Shown here one piece after another: positions 60,961 through 64,000 of a DNA stretch of 64,000 nt (position 1 is its first letter; each line of letters begins with the position of its first letter). The DNA is from an uncultured Alphaproteobacteria bacterium (GTDB lineage: Bacteria; Pseudomonadota; Alphaproteobacteria; Rhizobiales; Xanthobacteraceae), in the NCBI GenBank assembly GCA_963806465.1, contig CAWDZD010000051.1, forward strand, positions 32,810 through 96,809. Reading direction: 5' to 3'. A program made the translations under genes and the position numbers. The notes beneath the pieces were generated by a model. That model made no database searches, was not told the origin of the DNA, and was given only the letters and a program-made list of their open reading frames with translations.

Positions 60961-61095
60961 TTACGTGGCCAATACATCCAGCAACGCCTTCGCTTCCTTC
61001 AGATCGAGCGTGTCGAACCCTTCCGTAAACCAGCCGCAAACCGGAGCAAGCAGTTCGCGAGCTTGCTGGTCGCACCAGAGCCGCGTCGGCCTCAC
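60961..61095 (-). pseudogene. Orphan 3'-terminal fragment of a cyclase-family AAA/TPR gene
   Basis: RLWCDQQARELLAPVCGWFTEGFDTLDLKEAKALLDVLAT* matches the C-terminus of 61711.. (RLWRDQGKVKQARELLAPVYGWFTEGFDTRDLKEAKALLDEL*). Nothing homologous lies upstream of it. Confidence 0.65.
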
Positions 61096-61102
61096 TTGGC
61101 TG

Positions 61103-61624
61103 CTATTGCGGGCTCGCGACGCCATAAAGCTCGCCCTCTTCGACGACAGCGGGCGGCGGCTCACCAGCCAGCTTGGCCCTCGTGCGGGCTGAGAACATCG
61201 GTCCACGGGCAGGTTGCATTGGCGCGAATTGTCCGAAGCCCAAGCGAACCGGTACATCGTCGTAAACCGCTTCCATGCCACCACGCATGAAATAAGCCTC
61301 GTGCCAGAAGCCCGTGCCGCGAGATGACCGAAGGAAATCGCGCCACCACTCGCGATGCGGTGTAGATCGCGCCCAAGCCTCTAACGCATCAAAGTCGCGC
61401 CAGTATTGACGCATGCCAAGATGCAACGGGATCAACGACATGATAAAATTTTCGTGCAGCAGGAGCCCGTCTGGTTTCTGATCGACGGATTTTTTGATCT
61501 GGGGACCAAAGCCAAATAGTGTCTTAAAGCCTGTCAACGCATTGACGCGCATCCCAAGGTAAATAACGACAAGATCGGGGAACGGTGAAAGATCGACAGT
61601 TTTTCGTTCGACCCTGCTATTCAT
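61103..61624 (-). CDS. DUF4188-like protein
   Basis: AGGAGAGGGA SD. LVVIYLGMRVNAL...GLLLHENF...RQYWRDFDALEAWA...HREWWRDF. Confidence 0.7.
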   Translation of the reverse strand: MNSRVERKTVDLSPFPDLVVIYLGMRVNALTGFKTLFGFGPQIKKSVDQKPDGLLLHENFIMSLIPLHLGMRQYWRDFDALEAWARSTPHREWWRDFLRSSRGTGFWHEAYFMRGGMEAVYDDVPVRLGFGQFAPMQPARGPMFSARTRAKLAGEPPPAVVEEGELYGVASPQ

Positions 61625-61710
61625 GTCCCTCTCCTGTTATCGCGCTGCCACGTCACGCTCCAGAGAGCACCTGGACTAATACGTTTTCCGTTTCGCGATG
61701 GTTTCAAGTC

Positions 61711-64000
61711 CTATAGTTCGTCGAGCAGCGCCTTCGCCTCCTTCAGATCACGCGTGTCGAAACCCTCCGTGAACCACCCGTAAACCGGAGCCAACAGTTC
61801 GCGCGCTTGCTTCACCTTGCCCTGGTCGCGCCAGAGGCGCGCGAGGCTCATGGAGGCGCGGAGTTCCCAGGACTTTGCTTGTTGTTGGCGTGCGACCGCT
61901 AGTGCGCGCCCGAAATACTCTTCTACCTTGGTTGCATTTGGTTTCGGCGATACCAGTGCAAGTTCGCCAGCGATACGTTTTTCCTCTGCCTCTTGCCACC
62001 TGTCCTCATGATCCTCTGTTGCAGTTAACGCGTCGAGAATGTTGCGCCACGCTTCATCGAACTGGCCGAGTTTAGAACGGGCTATGGTCAGGTGCGACAA
62101 ATACAGGGGGAAAAATGCTCTTGCTCCCATTGGGCGTAAGGCGGTCATAGCAGACGTAATCAAATCCAATGCCTCCGAAGCCTTTCCGGTCAGGGCAGAA
62201 ACGCATCCTTGCATTGCGACCCCATGCACTTTCCAAAACAATGCGCCTTTTTCGTCAGCTAACGTGACGAGTTCGTCAGCTTCCGCCTTTGCTGCCGCGT
62301 AACTACCGCAGTGAAGGTGAGAACAAGCGGTGTGATACAACGCGTACATCAAGCTAGGAGCTTGACCAATCTCACGCGCATACTTGAGCCCCTGCTCAGC
62401 GTCGGTGAGCGCGGCCTGCGGGTAACCAAGCAACCAAAGCGTCCAGCCCCGATAAGCGAGCGCCGCCACGCGATGGTCTTGGCCGAAGCGCGCCGCCAAG
62501 GGGCCATGCTGAACGGCATCGTAAAGCGCGAGCGCCTGATCGAAGTGTGCTCGTCCTCCGACAATATCCCCGGTTAACAGAAGCGAGACGGCTATCAGGC
62601 GATGCCCAACAGCGAGCGCGGCGCCTGTCTTTTGCTTCTCTGCGAAAGCGAAGAATTGCGCCGAAAGTTCGCGCATTACATTCCCTCTGAAGGCCATGTA
62701 GTTTGCAACCCAGAAACTGTAGAGGACCGAGAATAACAGCAGTGGGTCTTCAGGTAGCTCCCCGAGCGCTTCAGCTTGTTCAATGAACATCCGCGCCCTT
62801 TCTGTAGCCGCTTTAGTTTCGGCCGACGCGTGTCCCTTAACGTGCATAAGCGGCGTTATGAGTGCGACCTGCAGCTTCATCTGTTCGCGACGCAGCGCTG
62901 GCGTAGGATGCAAAGCCGCGATTTGGTCGAGGGCGCGGCTGAGTTGAGCTATTGCCTCGACCAAAGCCGAGCGCGCCAATGAACGCTGTCCAGCTTCGCC
63001 CCAAAGGCCCGCAGCTTTCTCAATGAGCCCCGCTTCGGTGCAGTGACGCGCAAGTAGCTCCGGTTGGTTCTCAGCAATCTCGCTGAATTGGTTTTGAAGC
63101 GTCTCAGCAATCCTTGCGTGGAGCGCACGTCGAGGCTCCCGCAGAAGCGAGCCATAGGCGGCATCCTGCACCAGTGCGTGTTTGAATAGGTAGGTAGCAT
63201 GTGGCGGCGTACCCTGTCGGAACAGCAGACCCGCCGAGACGAGACGGCTAAGTGCGGATCGGAGTTCCGCCTCGTCCTTGCGCGATACCACCGCAAGCAG
63301 GGCATGAGAGAACTCTCGGCCAATGACCGCTCCAATCTGCGCCACATCCTTAGCTGAACCGAGGCGATCTAGCCGCGCCATCAGCGAGGCGTGCAAGCTA
63401 GCTGGCACTGCGAGAGAAGGCGATGGAATAGCGGCGATGGCTCGCTCGGCAGCTTCCGATCCACCTGCCTCCAGCACGGCCTTAGTTATTTCCTCGACGA
63501 ACAACGGGATGCCATCTGCGCGTTCGATAATGTCCTGCCTGATGCTAAGTGGTAGGTTTTTGTTGCCGGTGACCTGGTCGATCATCACCGAGATTTCGCG
63601 CTCACCGAGCCTGTTGATCGTGAGTGAAGTTACATGAGGTTGTCCAATCCACGGGGGTTCAAACTCTGGTCTGAACGTAGTGATGAGCAACACGCGAAGC
63701 GATCTTATACAGTCCACGGCTCGTCCGAGAGCCTCCAAATTCGTGGGGTCGATCCAATGCGCGTCCTCGAAAATCATCAGTATAGGATTGGTGCCAGACA
63801 GGGCTTCCAGTTGCGCAGTCAGCGCTTCCAGCGTTTTTTGCCTTCGCTGCTGTGGGGGCATTTCTACGGCGGGATAGCGTCCATCGTTCGGCAACGACAC
63901 ATTTCGGCAAGTCGCGCAGCGTCACGGCTCGGCGTAAAGCTCTGCGCTAGCACTGCATCGAGTTTGTCGAGCTTTCCTTGCGCGGTATCATCGTGCGCGA
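61711..64000 (-). pseudogene. Cyclase-family AAA ATPase / TPR signalling gene (paralog of 1..1895). The 5' end lies beyond the window, and there is an apparent 1-nt deletion at about 63898-63903
   Basis: ORF 61711..63900 starts mid-domain (SLPNDGRYP...ILMIFEDAHWIDPTN...GIPLFVEEITK, then TPR-like repeats). The sequence upstream of 63900 reads GKLDKLDAVLAQSFTPSRDAARLAEM in the adjacent frame. This aligns with ...NKLEALVVDRLGLPRDDLRFIAAMLSLPYQDRYG of the paralog at 1..1895. Confidence 0.8.

Overview
High-GC alphaproteobacterial chromosome segment. Gene content and repeat families look Bradyrhizobiaceae-like, which is an inference and not a search result. About 60 protein-coding genes are supportable. 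I saw no rRNA, no intact tRNA, no CRISPR array, and no recognisable transposase or integrase. Contents by region follow. (1) 1-9.4 kb, minus strand: a tightly coupled cluster. It encodes a ferritin-like protein, a LodA/GoxA-like putative CTQ quinoprotein, a QhpD-like radical SAM/SPASM enzyme, a LodB/QhpG-like flavoprotein, and a SAM-domain cyclase/AAA protein. An AT-rich small ORF heads it and a Crp-family regulator is divergent from it. This is the most interesting part of the window. (2) 10-24 kb: housekeeping and periplasmic genes (SLT transglycosylase, YrdC-like, FecR-like, GlcG-like, DUF971, TcuA-like flavoprotein, pyrE, pyrC, patatin, glcB). (3) 24.6-30.7 kb: a six-gene MoxR/DUF58 module joined by overlapping stop/start codons. 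(4) 33.5-48 kb: a lower-GC accessory segment. It starts at a truncated tRNA 3' half next to a truncated crotonase gene. It holds many small ORFs, a resolvase remnant, a DHFR-like gene, and a local repeat family built on GTGTCAAWCAGTGCC. A pair of inverted paralogous gene modules brackets about 12 kb of it. (5) 48-64 kb: a binding protein plus a DAACS transporter, a three-subunit molybdo-dehydrogenase, a methyltransferase, small ORFs, and a second cyclase-family AAA/TPR gene that runs off the end. At least six otherwise conserved genes show single-nucleotide frame disruptions. These are either assembly indels or real pseudogenes. All family names are recalled from motif signatures and need HMM confirmation.
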